The notes beneath the pieces were generated by a model that was not told where the DNA came from, made no database searches, and saw only the letters and a program-made list of their open reading frames with translations. A program made the translations under genes and the position numbers. Positions 33,240-45,041 of a DNA stretch of 64,000 bases are shown piece by piece. How positions within the stretch are numbered: the stretch's first letter is position 1; every line of letters starts with the position of its first letter. Source of the stretch: Iphione sp. A-MEVVRFRX5. Lineage: Eukaryota. The stretch lies in assembly GCA_976226885.1 (NCBI GenBank), contig OZ320318.1, positions 73,470,001-73,534,000 of the forward strand, written 5' to 3'.

Positions 33240-34022
33240 ATGCTTATCGTAATCTTCTACTTATATTTTAAAGAAATCATTGATTAGAGTTTGCTTTCAT
33301 GTCCCTTGGGTTGTCTGGGCCTTGTGGAGTAGGCCTCGGAGGAAATGCACACTGGAGCTATCCTGTTGGTCCTCACAGACCGTTACCAGAAGATTGATTG
33401 ATTTGGTGACAACCTTGATGGTGATGGGAGGTAGGTCCACATTGGCATCCTTGGTCACCGGAAGCCCAGCAACTTCAAGCTGTTCCTATGATATTTCAGC
33501 CCCTGAGTTGATATCTGCATGCTCCTGGGCTGACGTCAGTCTGTGTTCACCATCAGGTGGCAGGGACTGGAGGAGGGTCTGCACTTCTGATAGAGGCATA
33601 TCATCCTCATCAGAGGTTGTATGTGGGAGGTGCTGTTAGGAGGAAGGTACTTCAGGGTGATGTTGCTGTAGGTCTGAGATGTCCTATGACTCCTAACGTT
33701 GTCACACAGGATGATGAAGTGATGACCCTATGACATGGCCCTTCCAGAGAAGGAAAGTCATCCATGCCTTGGTATTATGCCTATGGCGCCCATACACTCC
33801 AGGATAAAAAATCTTTCAAAATACCCTGGGTCTAAGTGGTTAATTATGGCATGGAGTGACAGGTGAAGACCAATCGCGAAAGCCGATTGCCTGGACGAAT
33901 AACGAGTAACGAACTGCAGATGTCCGGGACAATAATTAACCCAAACAGCTCCGCTCCCTTGATTCTAGTCCGGTTGTCGTAGTTATCTGGATGGCGGGAC
34001 TCTGGTTGTCAAGGTTCGACTG
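33240..34022 (-). mobile_element. internally deleted pogo/Tigger element: 5' TIR plus DDE fragment
   Basis: TA|CAGTCGAACCTTGACAACC TIR at 34022 on the minus strand. RHNTKAWMT and IILCDNVRSH....SNITLKYLPPNSTSHIQPL are pogo DDE motifs. Confidence 0.85.
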
Positions 34023-37000
34023 TATATAACTTTGGTGGAAAGTCATGGTTGTGCTTTTCATTGGGAAAATGGAATTCCACTCCGTTTGTTATAACCAATA
34101 GTCTGCTCCGTCTTCATGTCAGACTGTCAGAGTAAATGGTCGGGCCTCCGCCTAGCCTGTTGCTGCAAACTATGCTATAAGAAATGCGGTGTCAATCTAC
34201 TTGATAATTATCACTAAAGAACTCTCTTCAAAAGGCAAAAAATCATGATTTCCACAATAATCATCGGGAAAAAATGGAGAACTATGTATGCATCTAAACT
34301 TCAGTCGATATGTGTTTTAAATGATGCCCTGAAGAATGGAAATACGCTTGCTTCTACTTTTCTTCAGCCAACAAAATTATCTTTACTATGCAACTCAAGG
34401 TACTAGATTGGTAATAGCTGATTTTTGACAAAACCAGAGGAAAGGAGACAAATTTAAACAAATCCAGTACATCGGTATTAGTTTTTATCTGTACACTGAG
34501 CTAAATATAAAAATATGAAGTATAGCGTACAAGCAATTCCAATTGTGAATGAATGACATTGCTACGTGATGTCTAATAAGATCTGCTAAACGTTTATTAT
34601 TTTTGTCCTATGATTTTCCGTGCGTTCAGTCTTGTATCATACATTATACATGTATTATGTTACACGACAATGACACGAATTGTGAATCGTTTCATTTCAT
34701 CTCAAATGATTTCTGCACTCTGATAATACCGACATTCGATTCAGGTAGCCACTCCGCCACTCCGCCACTAGAGTAACAAAATATCTTTGACACCTACTAC
34801 GTTTCGTATGATTCCAACACTATAAAGCTTCTGACCTACACATCTCCATCCAATGCGATCATACACACATAGTTCTGGCTAGTTTGGAGAGGCTTTGCTT
34901 CCCCCCATTCGTTATATGGTCATAGAAAGGATGCAGCGTTCCCTTAAATGTCGAGCAGCTCCGAAAAACTAATTTCCGAATAATTACCGAATGCAATGCT
35001 CATTGCCGGAATTAATTACCAGTACCTGCTAACCGCCAAATCCTAAGATATCATCTGCTTGAACGCATTTATAACTGTCACAGAAGCACGTAACTCGTGA
35101 CCTCCTTTTCTTGAATATCTCCTAGTAGGAACTGCCAACACAGCTGTCACCCTAGATTTCCCGAACGCCTACTCAACGTGTACCAATTTCTCAACTCTGA
35201 GCGAGGGATTACCATAGTATAGTTTTATAGGAACCTCATGTGACGTCCTAAGATTACCAGCTTTTCAAGTGCTAAAATGACCGTATTGATAATGCCAATT
35301 AAGGACACGTCATTCTTAAGCTGATCTAGACCTGGAGATAGTGCGGAGATGTCGAGTGGTTGAGACTCAATGATTACTCAAGGGAGAATGGTTTATCCCA
35401 ATAGGAGGATCATCGACACTATTTCATAAAAATCATCAATGGCTGCTTTATAGGGAACTTAAATTTATCCAACTCTTTAAACATTATAACGTGTGTCTGT
35501 TCTGGCGTCCAGTGTTTTCGGAGATAGTAATTCTTGTCCACACAGAGAGGTCCACACAGGTATCAGACTCAAGATAGAAAATACATCATTATACAGTTTT
35601 GTTGCTTCTTTTATACACGTGTGTCCTAGTGACAAAGAGGCATTACACTTCACATTCAACGTGCACAATACACTTAACAGACGCTGGGCTGTTGGATTGG
35701 AAAGACAACAACTCTGTCCTGAAGAGACGTAGAAGTAGCAAAATTATTTTATCGGAAGTGTATTCAAATATTTTGATATCAATTCCAGCAATTTTAGTCC
35801 CAGTTTGAAAGCATACATCATACAAGAAAATGCATTTAAATGAAAACAAATGTTAGTCTTCAAAAATTCAAAATTTAGATAACAAACAGAAGGAAACGTG
35901 CAATTTCACAAATGGTAGTAATTCTGCAGGATTAATGAAGCAACTAACAAAATGTTATGTCTCAGGAAGAGGACTTTAGGTAGGCCTCGGTAAGCCTGTT
36001 AGGAATTCTTTTGCCAGATAGCAGGATATATGGGCGATTTTCCAAGGTTGTTATCAAGGAACCCTGCAATAGCCAGTCAACTTCGGCCATGGCTGGATTT
36101 GTCGAAACCATGACTGATGCCTAAAATCAGTGCTCCAGCATCGTTTGCTGCCGACTAACTGGCAGTCAGTAAATAGAACTTTGCACCAACTGGCATGCAT
36201 TCAACGATCACACAGCTCTTACGTATGGTGCAACAGCCCCCTGTGCGATAGACCCAACCCATGCTAGTCTTCTCGGGAAGTGGAGGTGGTTCTTCTGCCA
36301 TCTCACCTCCAGTCTGCGAACGAGGTAGTTCGTGAGTATTGACATGGGGTGTTCCAGAAGTCAGTCCAGATATGACATGACCTGTCTTCAGGGTGGCGGG
36401 GTCAGGCAGGGTTGACATCGGGTAACCAAATTGGCACCTATAGTACCTCTGAGGTACCAGAAAGCTGTTTCTAAGCCAACACTCCTGGAGTAGCCAGCTC
36501 TGTGCATGACAGACACATACTCAACAGAGTCAGTTAATATGAAAGGAGCTTATTTCAGTGTGTCCAGTGTCAAACAAAAATTGTTTTGCAAAAGTAATTG
36601 TGATGAGCATACAACTCAAAATGTGCTGTGTGCCCTTCTGTTTTTCACTCAAGGATTTAATCGGGGACACCCTTTTATTTGCTGTCATTATTATATGTCT
36701 GACTCTTATTGGTTACAGTTCTCCCTCTGACAATTCTATCGGCTGATTTAAAAGTACATCTGTAGTCATCCTTCATTTTGTTTGGCATGTCTCATCTGTG
36801 TTGTAGATTATCATTATAGATATTATTAAAACTCTATAGCAAGTCAATTCTGAAGTGTTCTGATTTTAATGTGCTCTCTTCGGTTTTATCTTATGATGTG
36901 GTGGTGCAATGGTCTTGCCCTATGTGTGTGATTCCACTACTACAGATTCTTTCTGAATAGATTTATTTATTCAATGTTTTTGTGTATAACTCCACATTCG

Positions 37001-40000
37001 TTCTTCTCTGGGTAAATTTAAGTCTTATGTACTCTTTCCAAATATTATACAAGTCATTATGATGGGAAGAGGTTCCCTATGACCTTTGAATATGTACGTT
37101 TCAATCACTGACTGATTTTTCAGAATTATTTTCGATTTATTTTGGTGTGTATGTGTTTGCATTTAGATTAACATAGCTATTTTTTTCATTTTGGTAAAGC
37201 ATAGCTATTGATACGCCACACCAAGTTGGTTCCTCAGAGCATTGGTTAATTCAGAATGGTGCACAAGTTGGAAAACAGGTGAGTCTGCGGAGAGAGCGCC
37301 AGTGACCATTAACAATGACTAGGATCTGATCCTAGAGGTCATCCATTTAACCCCAAGTGTGACACAATGGATTCAGGCCTGATAATAGAACAAGCATTAA
37401 CAGTGTAATTAGGGTATTATCACAATCATCATAGTGTAATTACCAGCAATCACACCTGTATTTGGGTTGCGGACCGTAAGAGGTCGATTGTTGATATGAG
37501 ATGCATTGGATATTACAGCATCCACATGTACCACATATGCCCCTCTGATAATATCACAGATACAGGCATTTGTATTTATAATTATACTGTCTACCCCGTA
37601 TAATATTACGCTAAAGACTTACGTTCAAACCCCATACACTTTTTAATTTTCATCATAGACAAAACTATTTAACTGTTTTATGCAGGTCTAAGGAATGGTC
37701 TGCATCCATAAGAAGTGCCGGGGCTGTCCAAAAATGCCATGGACCTAGACCCTTTACAAGGTAATGCTGTTTCAAAATATGATGAAATCCAAATCAGCAG
37801 GTTTCTGCATTTGTAATTTACCCCTCGAGACCTCTTGTCATAAATGCCACTTACAGGACTGTCCACTGCATTAGTTTCCCTTTCATGCTTCCCGAAAGGT
37901 GTAAAATCGAATTGAGGTGCGGGAGTACGACTGCTCAGGTCTTCATGATTCAAGTTTTGGACATTTATGTGATACAACAAATGCGCAATGCAAAGCACTC
38001 TACTTTCTCACACTATTCTAAAGTTTCCTTAACATTACATAAGATTCTTTAGCATGCTGGTTATCGAGTAGCTTGACGTACCTTGCTGTGCTCTCCCAGC
38101 AAGTGGTTAGATTTTGTGGAAGAGGAGTAGGAGGAGAGCGTCTTTGGACAGATCCAGAGGTGTGATTGGGACACTGATACTATGCTCGATATCGACAAGT
38201 ACACCGATGGATAAACATCTAAAAATAAGCAGTCAATCCAGGATCAGAAAATGGATGCCAGTGATAATGGATGAGTTAAGAAGGGCACCACTGGCGGACC
38301 ATCACATAAACAATACGCCAACTGAAGTAACACTACTGCCAACTACTGTTGCTACTATGGTTGTAAAATCCGTTTTGACATCAAATCTATTCCTAAAGAA
38401 TAGGGCCACTTTGTCAAGGTTGGACAGGTACAACTCTGTTTACATTGAAGGATATGCTCCCCCAAGTGCAATGGACATCCACAAATGCCAGTTGGCTGTT
38501 TTTCTGAAATAATTTAGTAGGGGGTCAACTATGAAAGGATAGTCCCTTTCTACCTCTCTCTCTATGAATAAATAAGACAAGACATCTCAAGTAAAATGAT
38601 ATGCACATTTATTATCACAGGAAATAAAAACAAATAGGAAGAACATGACACAGCTGATTAACAATTGACCAAAAAGTTTCACAAACATAATGTACATTGA
38701 CATGCAGAATCAATCAAGGTTATCAGATTCCGTGAAAGAATCAATGAAGGGTTGTTTGAAAAGTGCAACTCTCTTAAATATTCAATTTGCTTTGACCCGA
38801 CTATGTAACACATCTCGTGAGCTGGACATAGTCATTAATTATATGTCAACTACACAAAAGACACTTAAGTCTTAGATGTCATGATATCACAAATGCTTAG
38901 GATCCAGGGTCTCGTAAGGGCTCACTGATAACATCTTTGTTGTTCACAAAGTGACTTGACATGATATACAATGGCTTCACACTGTTTTATAGGAGTATTT
39001 CTGTTCAGTACTGATACAAAGAACACGAGCACTCTTAACAAAAATGTTGTTTATGCAGCTTACAGTACTTAGTATTCTGGCTTTACTTCATGTATTTCTA
39101 TCTATACACTATACATGAACCAATAAACCGTATGATATAACATTTTTTCACTACTGCTTACTACTGATAAATGTGGCTATCGAATCAGCCCACCGTAGAC
39201 CGTCTGAGCGTAGTTCATCGGTATTTATTATCATTATACCATGTACGACCTTATCTGTGGGCAGATTCAGGTAGGGCCACTGTGATCGTGCCTTGCTCCG
39301 GACCTTACAGCTGCAGTGTTATGGGTCATCACGGCTGTGTTTAGCAAGAGTTGTTAAAACAATATCTTCGTGATCTGTCCCAAGTAAATCCAACCTTACC
39401 GGGGACACTGTAAATAATACCAGCCTCGGTCCACGTCCTGGTGGGCCCCTATAGAAGCTTGCTAGCATTCCTATATCACGTTCCAATAGGGCTGTGTACG
39501 CAGGTAGAGTGCACAATTTCTTGTCCACTGGCCGTTTTTCCTTCGAATCAGGTCGAATTTACCCAGCAGGAGCAGGACCAGGTCGTTATAGGCTGATCCT
39601 GCGAGTAAAAGGCAACCAAGCAGCTGTCCGTAACTTATACGTCTCACTCAATTTACTTCAATGTACACAGCCAGCAATGCACGGTATGGCGGTAAACCCT
39701 CTCCCAACACGCCCGTTTATGGTCTGTTTGATGGTATTGGGCCTCGTGCCGGCATGGGGATGGCGGCAAACCATCTCCTGATAAGCCTAGACATTACGGA
39801 TTAGTTTATTGTACATAAAATACCAAAGGTTTGCATCTGCCGTGAGCATGGGGATGGTGGCAAACACTCTCCCAACATGCCCTGTCATGGTCTGTTTGAT
39901 ACTGTCGGGCATACCCAAAACCCCAAGCATATAAAATAGGGTAGGGGGATGTATGTTCCATACAACACCTCTCCTAAGCAGACTAGACACCTCCTCCAGG

Positions 40001-40011
40001 GATCTACAGAC

Positions 40012-40320
40012 ATGACCTCTCCCAAGAAAACTAAACTTAGTCTTGAAGGCAAGGTCAAGTTGATCAAGGCATCCTGTGTGAAGTTGCAGAGACAACTGGC
40101 ACAAGACTTTGTAACAGGCAAAACTCAAGTCTATTCCATTCTGAAGAGAAACACCAGCATCCTGGATGACTATGAATAGTCATACAAACAACAAGCCATG
40201 AGGAAGTGCATCACTCCTGAGTGTGAGAGACTTGACAATGCCATGTTCTCTTGGTTCTCCAAGATCAGGGCTCAGGGGATCCCTGTGTCAGGTCCCATCA
40301 TACAGGCTAGGGCAGCATTC
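40012..40320 (+). pseudogene. pogo/Tigger transposase N-terminal HTH fragment (CENP-B-like)
   Basis: KLSLEGKVKLI...QRQLAQDFVTGKTQVYSILK (psq-type HTH), an in-frame stop at 40177, then LDNAMFSWFSKIRAQGIPVSGPIIQARA (Tc5-type HTH). Confidence 0.85.
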
Positions 40321-41155
40321 TGTGGTACTGCCCCTGTTGGACTCTATCATTGCTATCTCACTAGAGATATTGGCCTAGAACAAGCGGGATAAATGATACT
40401 TACAGAATTCAATAACTCGATTTATTTTAAATGTCTCTGACCGTCTAACACCACCTGGGTTTGGAATCAGAAGTGTTGTGAGGAAGCACTTTCAGTCAAT
40501 GCAAGTACAAAAATCTGCACACAGTGGTCTTGAAAATTTGAATTGTCAAGTTTTGCAGAAATTAACCCGTCAAGGAAATTGATATATAAGTGTCACAAAT
40601 GAACAAATTGTCGAATAATCTTCTCAATGTGTTATGAAATATTTATAATCGTTTGCACTTGAACATCTCGGTTGATAAAGACAAACCGAAACTGCAGGTA
40701 CCTTACACCTCATTAAATCGTTCCTATTGAGTTAAAAAAATGATTAACGTATTTAATTGGCCTACATTGTTTCCAGGTAAGTTATAATCAGTACAAGTAC
40801 ATCTTTTCCTTTACTTTTCTTGGACAGTTAAGCAAGTGGTACATCAAAAAACATTGATTACCGCCTGTAGTAGAGTACTGTGCAAGTATGCTTACTCGGG
40901 GACTGCAACATCAGCCACCCTCGCACTGGCAGCTGAGGGTGTTATATAAAGACAATAATCTAGACAGCAATCCACTCAGGTCTCGATCAACTGGTACCTT
41001 ATGAAACTCACTCTGCTGTATATACGTTAAGTGAGATCACTGTAGTGCTAAGTACCTACATATACATCATTAACAAATTCGAAAGAAAAATGGCGACCGA
41101 GTAGGACGTGCGTGAAAGTGGCTCCCGCAAAACCAGCTGAACAATCGTTGCCAAA

Positions 41156-43045
41156 ATGGGAAAGAAATCACTCTTACCTGATAGACGCCGTGATAGCAGT
41201 CTAGAGATCCCGAATCTTCGATCCAGAAGTCGACAAAAAAGACTTACGGACGTCACTGCTAACAACTCTGATCAGGTGGGCGATATTGGGAACAAGGTCA
41301 GTGCAACTGGTCAGCCAACGGTCAATGCCGGTGGTCATCGTGAGCCGCCTCTAGGCGTTGGCGGTGCCATAGGCGCAGGCTCGATTCCTAAGCAGCCACT
41401 GGCCGACCAGGCATCTCATCAAGAAACACTAGATCGTCCTTCAGATTCGACTACCTGCAATAAGGCAGGAGCTTCGGCTGGTGATGACACTCGACCGATT
41501 GAGGGGTCGACAGACAACAACAACAATCCAACGGGAGGCATGGACGAAGACAACCGGGGCGGTTGCGACTCCTGCAGATGTCTAGCATCTGCCTTCGATG
41601 ACCTCCGTGCAGAGATGGTGTCGTTGAAGCAACAATTGCTACCAAGAATTTGTACCCTAATATCAACAGTTGCTCAACTGCGTGACAGCAAGATTGAATC
41701 CTGGGTAGATTACGTCGACAGCTGTGCTGACAGCATACGGAAGGATATCGAGGTGGCCAAAACCGAGCTCTCCTCTCTGGGTTCGACCTCACTGGGAGAG
41801 AGAAACAAGTTGAAAGAAGATATTGACGCCCTCGATACATCTGTCAAGCAGTGGTGCGAGAGCAAGCTAGCCTCATGGGAGGAAGATGTCAACAACCACG
41901 TTGACAGCGTGCGGAAGGAGGTTGAGGGAGTCAGGTCCGAGCTAGCCACTCTCTCATCAACCTCGCTGGTGGATACCACTAAGCTTAAGGACGACATCGG
42001 CAATCTCTCTAGCAAGGTTGAAGCATGTGGCGGTGGGGGCTGCCCTGATGTCCGTCTTGATTCTATCGAAGCAAGGATGTCAAGTGTGGAAGTCCGCTGT
42101 GCACGTGTTGATGAAGACCTCTCGCGCAAGGAGATTGCGGATAGGTCAAACAGAATCATCTTGGAGGGGGTTAGCAGCCGCGACATACAGGAACCCCGCA
42201 AATTTGTTCACAGATTTATCTGGGAGCTTGCTGGCCTTAGGCGCGACTGCGTCGGGGAGGTGGAGGTGTGGGGCGATCCAAGTGTCAACCCCCGTTTAGC
42301 AGTCACCTTCACCTCTCCCCGTGCCAGGAACGACTTACTACGAAAGCGTTCCAAGCTTGCCGGGATGAAGAGTTATGCCACTGTCTTCCTCCGGGAGGAT
42401 ATTCCGCGCAGAGCCCTCGACATGCACCAACGTCAAGCACGTATTGCCACTTTGGCGAAGAAAAGGGGGAGGCGAGCGACCGTCCGCGGAATTGACGCCG
42501 TCATCGATGGAGTTGTTTACGGTCCGTCGGAGGACGACTTCCTGCCCGATGACATCAACCCGAGTAGAATCTCCACATCTGAAAGCGACAATATTTTCGC
42601 TTTCAACAATGACACTCCTGCTCTTTCGCCAATGGAATACCTTCCTATGGTTTTTCAAGGTGTTGTTTACGACAATATTGAGATGGCCTTTCAATGTATT
42701 AAATCTCGCGAATGCGAGAACGGGGAAAAGGTCAAGGTCATTGAGCGGAGCAGGAGCGGTCAGGAAGCACAAACGCTAGGAAAAGGAATCGAAACTAACT
42801 CGACATGGGAACAGAATTCAGAGGTATTGGTAGAGAAATTGTATAGATCAAAGTTCACTCTTTCACCAGCATGCCTATCTATACTGTCTAATACAGGCAA
42901 TCGCACTCTATATTATGCCGACATGGAGCAAACTCTGGGCACCGGCTGTGCGCTAGACGCTGACTGGTCTCAACCGGTCAGCCTGCTGGGCCGGAATGTG
43001 ATTGGTAATGCCCTAATGAAAATTAGGGCAGACCTGTGCCAATAA
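41156..43045 (+). CDS. LINE ORF1p: disordered N-terminus, duplicated coiled coil, RRM-like domain, CTD, C-terminal NADAR (YbiA-like) domain
   Basis: 629-aa open ORF. RRM-like ADRSNRIILEGV...LAVTF...VFLREDI, CTD-like IDGVVY. NADAR region ~42590-43035: NIEMAFQCIK, AQTLGK, W, SKF, ILSNTG, GTG, GRNVIGNALMKIR. Confidence 0.88.
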   Translation: MGKKSLLPDRRRDSSLEIPNLRSRSRQKRLTDVTANNSDQVGDIGNKVSATGQPTVNAGGHREPPLGVGGAIGAGSIPKQPLADQASHQETLDRPSDSTTCNKAGASAGDDTRPIEGSTDNNNNPTGGMDEDNRGGCDSCRCLASAFDDLRAEMVSLKQQLLPRICTLISTVAQLRDSKIESWVDYVDSCADSIRKDIEVAKTELSSLGSTSLGERNKLKEDIDALDTSVKQWCESKLASWEEDVNNHVDSVRKEVEGVRSELATLSSTSLVDTTKLKDDIGNLSSKVEACGGGGCPDVRLDSIEARMSSVEVRCARVDEDLSRKEIADRSNRIILEGVSSRDIQEPRKFVHRFIWELAGLRRDCVGEVEVWGDPSVNPRLAVTFTSPRARNDLLRKRSKLAGMKSYATVFLREDIPRRALDMHQRQARIATLAKKRGRRATVRGIDAVIDGVVYGPSEDDFLPDDINPSRISTSESDNIFAFNNDTPALSPMEYLPMVFQGVVYDNIEMAFQCIKSRECENGEKVKVIERSRSGQEAQTLGKGIETNSTWEQNSEVLVEKLYRSKFTLSPACLSILSNTGNRTLYYADMEQTLGTGCALDADWSQPVSLLGRNVIGNALMKIRADLCQ

Positions 43046-43400
43046 TTGGTGGTAGATTGCCTTAGGGTTGACATGTGGCTCTCTAATACTCCTCATGCTT
43101 ATTCTAATAATGTTCTCTTAGTCGCTTATCCATGATGTTCAGAAAACCGGACAGATAACGCCATCTTTTCTTTGCTTGTTGTGTATATGATGATGTTACT
43201 CCACTGGTAATGCACTTCATACAAAGGTGTTACTCGTTGTTTAATTATGGTATTCTTTTTCGACGTGGTGTACAGTGACATGTGGTGCATAATATATTGA
43301 CTGGCGTACATGTGTTTTACGCAGGTTCAACATGCAATAGGTCCAAACCCCCAACATAGGCATATGAGTAAAGGCGACAGCAGCTGTTATATGGGCAATT

Positions 43401-44195
43401 GTGTGTTTATATGTCATACAGCAGTGTTTTTCTATTTATCACATTAAATTGTTTTCTCTATTAACTCCAGAATGGTCATTCGTGTCAGACACGGATAGTA
43501 CTGGCGTACGACCCCTACATATTCTTCTGGTGGTCGATACTCGCGTGGTGGAGGCGGTAAAATCTCTGCCAACCGACACCATGGAGGGAATACGGGTCCA
43601 TGTCCTGCACGTGAAGAAAGGCACCTATAAGAGGGCATGGAAGCAACGCCTCTATATAGATGTCACCTGCTACGATCTTGTGCTCCTCGCTTGTGGCCAC
43701 CGTGAGTTCCTCAAATATGAAACGGGTCAATGGTCAGCTAGGTACAGACGCCCGACTCAGTATTTGGAGTCGCTACAATTTTATATCACCAAACTACGTA
43801 ACTGAGCAAAGGGGCCCATGGGTACTGGCCCAGCTCTGCTCTGCTGCCCCATCGCGGGTATTGATATTGATAGGGTGGAGCCAGACATTGTGGACCCAGA
43901 GGATTCAATGATCATCAACTCCCTTGTCTCTACTCACAACATGTACTGCAATATGGTTGGCTTATGGCAGGGGCTACATCCGCCTAGGCTCGACCTGCCA
44001 ATGAACACCTATGTGAATAATTCAACTGTGGTCAGAGACGAGCTTCTGAAGGACTGCGGCATTCATGTTGTCCCTGGTGTCATTGCAATCTGGAGGGATG
44101 CTATCTCTCATTTTCTTGTGTGTTTTAGTATGTTCATCAAAGCCACCAGACACCTCCAGTGGGACGGCCCTGTAAATAGGCCGTATAGTGCTTAA
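43401..44195 (+). CDS. extra SGNH/GDSL-hydrolase-like ORF with one in-frame TGA (43803-43805)
   Basis: ORFs 43401-43805 and 43818-44195 are in the same frame. Block I-like ILLVVDTR, block III-like YDLVLLACG, LLCCPIAGIDI, and block V-like LLKDCGIH.....IW. Confidence 0.65.
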
Positions 44196-45041
44196 TGCGT
44201 GCAAACGCTTTCGCCCAGCGTCTTGAACGGCGCTTGTAACATGTATGCGATGTTCTCTCACCTGACTTTTCCCAGATTATTCTTCTATGATGATCCGTTG
44301 TACTGTATGGCCGTATTTTTGCCAGTCGGAGGTGTGGTGAACTGGCTACTGAACTTTCGATTCATCACTTGATAACGTACGTTTCAAAATTATCACTTGA
44401 TAAGAATCTGCCTCTGACTTGTAGATGATGTGACAGAAGATGTTTATTGTTTAATTGTCTTTATCCTAGTGGTTGTCAAATCATCTCTTTATAATTACAT
44501 ATTGCCCACTTATTTCATAGACTGATCCCTCTCATAACCGCAGCTGGGATACATCCATTAAGCGGATCCTACAGTGACCCACCAATTCTATCATGAGTCG
44601 ACATGTACTGTTGTGCGCTGCTCGCGCACTGTTTAGGAGATGGTCCTGAAGACTCAAGTTGCGAGCTTGTGACTGATGTCGCTCTTGATCCACCTAAATA
44701 ATCTGATGATTCAGTACGGACTGTCAATTTGAAACTCAGGCATCGTAATATTGCGCTCCACGCAACCATAGTAGTTTTGACATGTGATCTTTTACCCCGG
44801 ATGGTTACATTTTTTACACACATTGAATAAAGGTGCATTATTTTAACAAGCCTTTGTCTGTCACCGTGCTGAGGTTATTTCTCTCCCATTTTTGCTTAAG
44901 GTTTAACTACTTGTAATGCGGGTGTCCAATACACCTTTCCACAGTGTTCTTCCCTGATTAACAAGACCGCATTTCAGTAATTTGCCAATACCAGAATGTA
45001 AAGGTTCACTCATTTCGAAAGTGTTTCGTTGATTTGCCAAT

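Noticed and set aside
38114-38512. 132-aa plus-strand ORF as a gene
   Set aside because: Non-ATG start, no motif, and a length compatible with chance.
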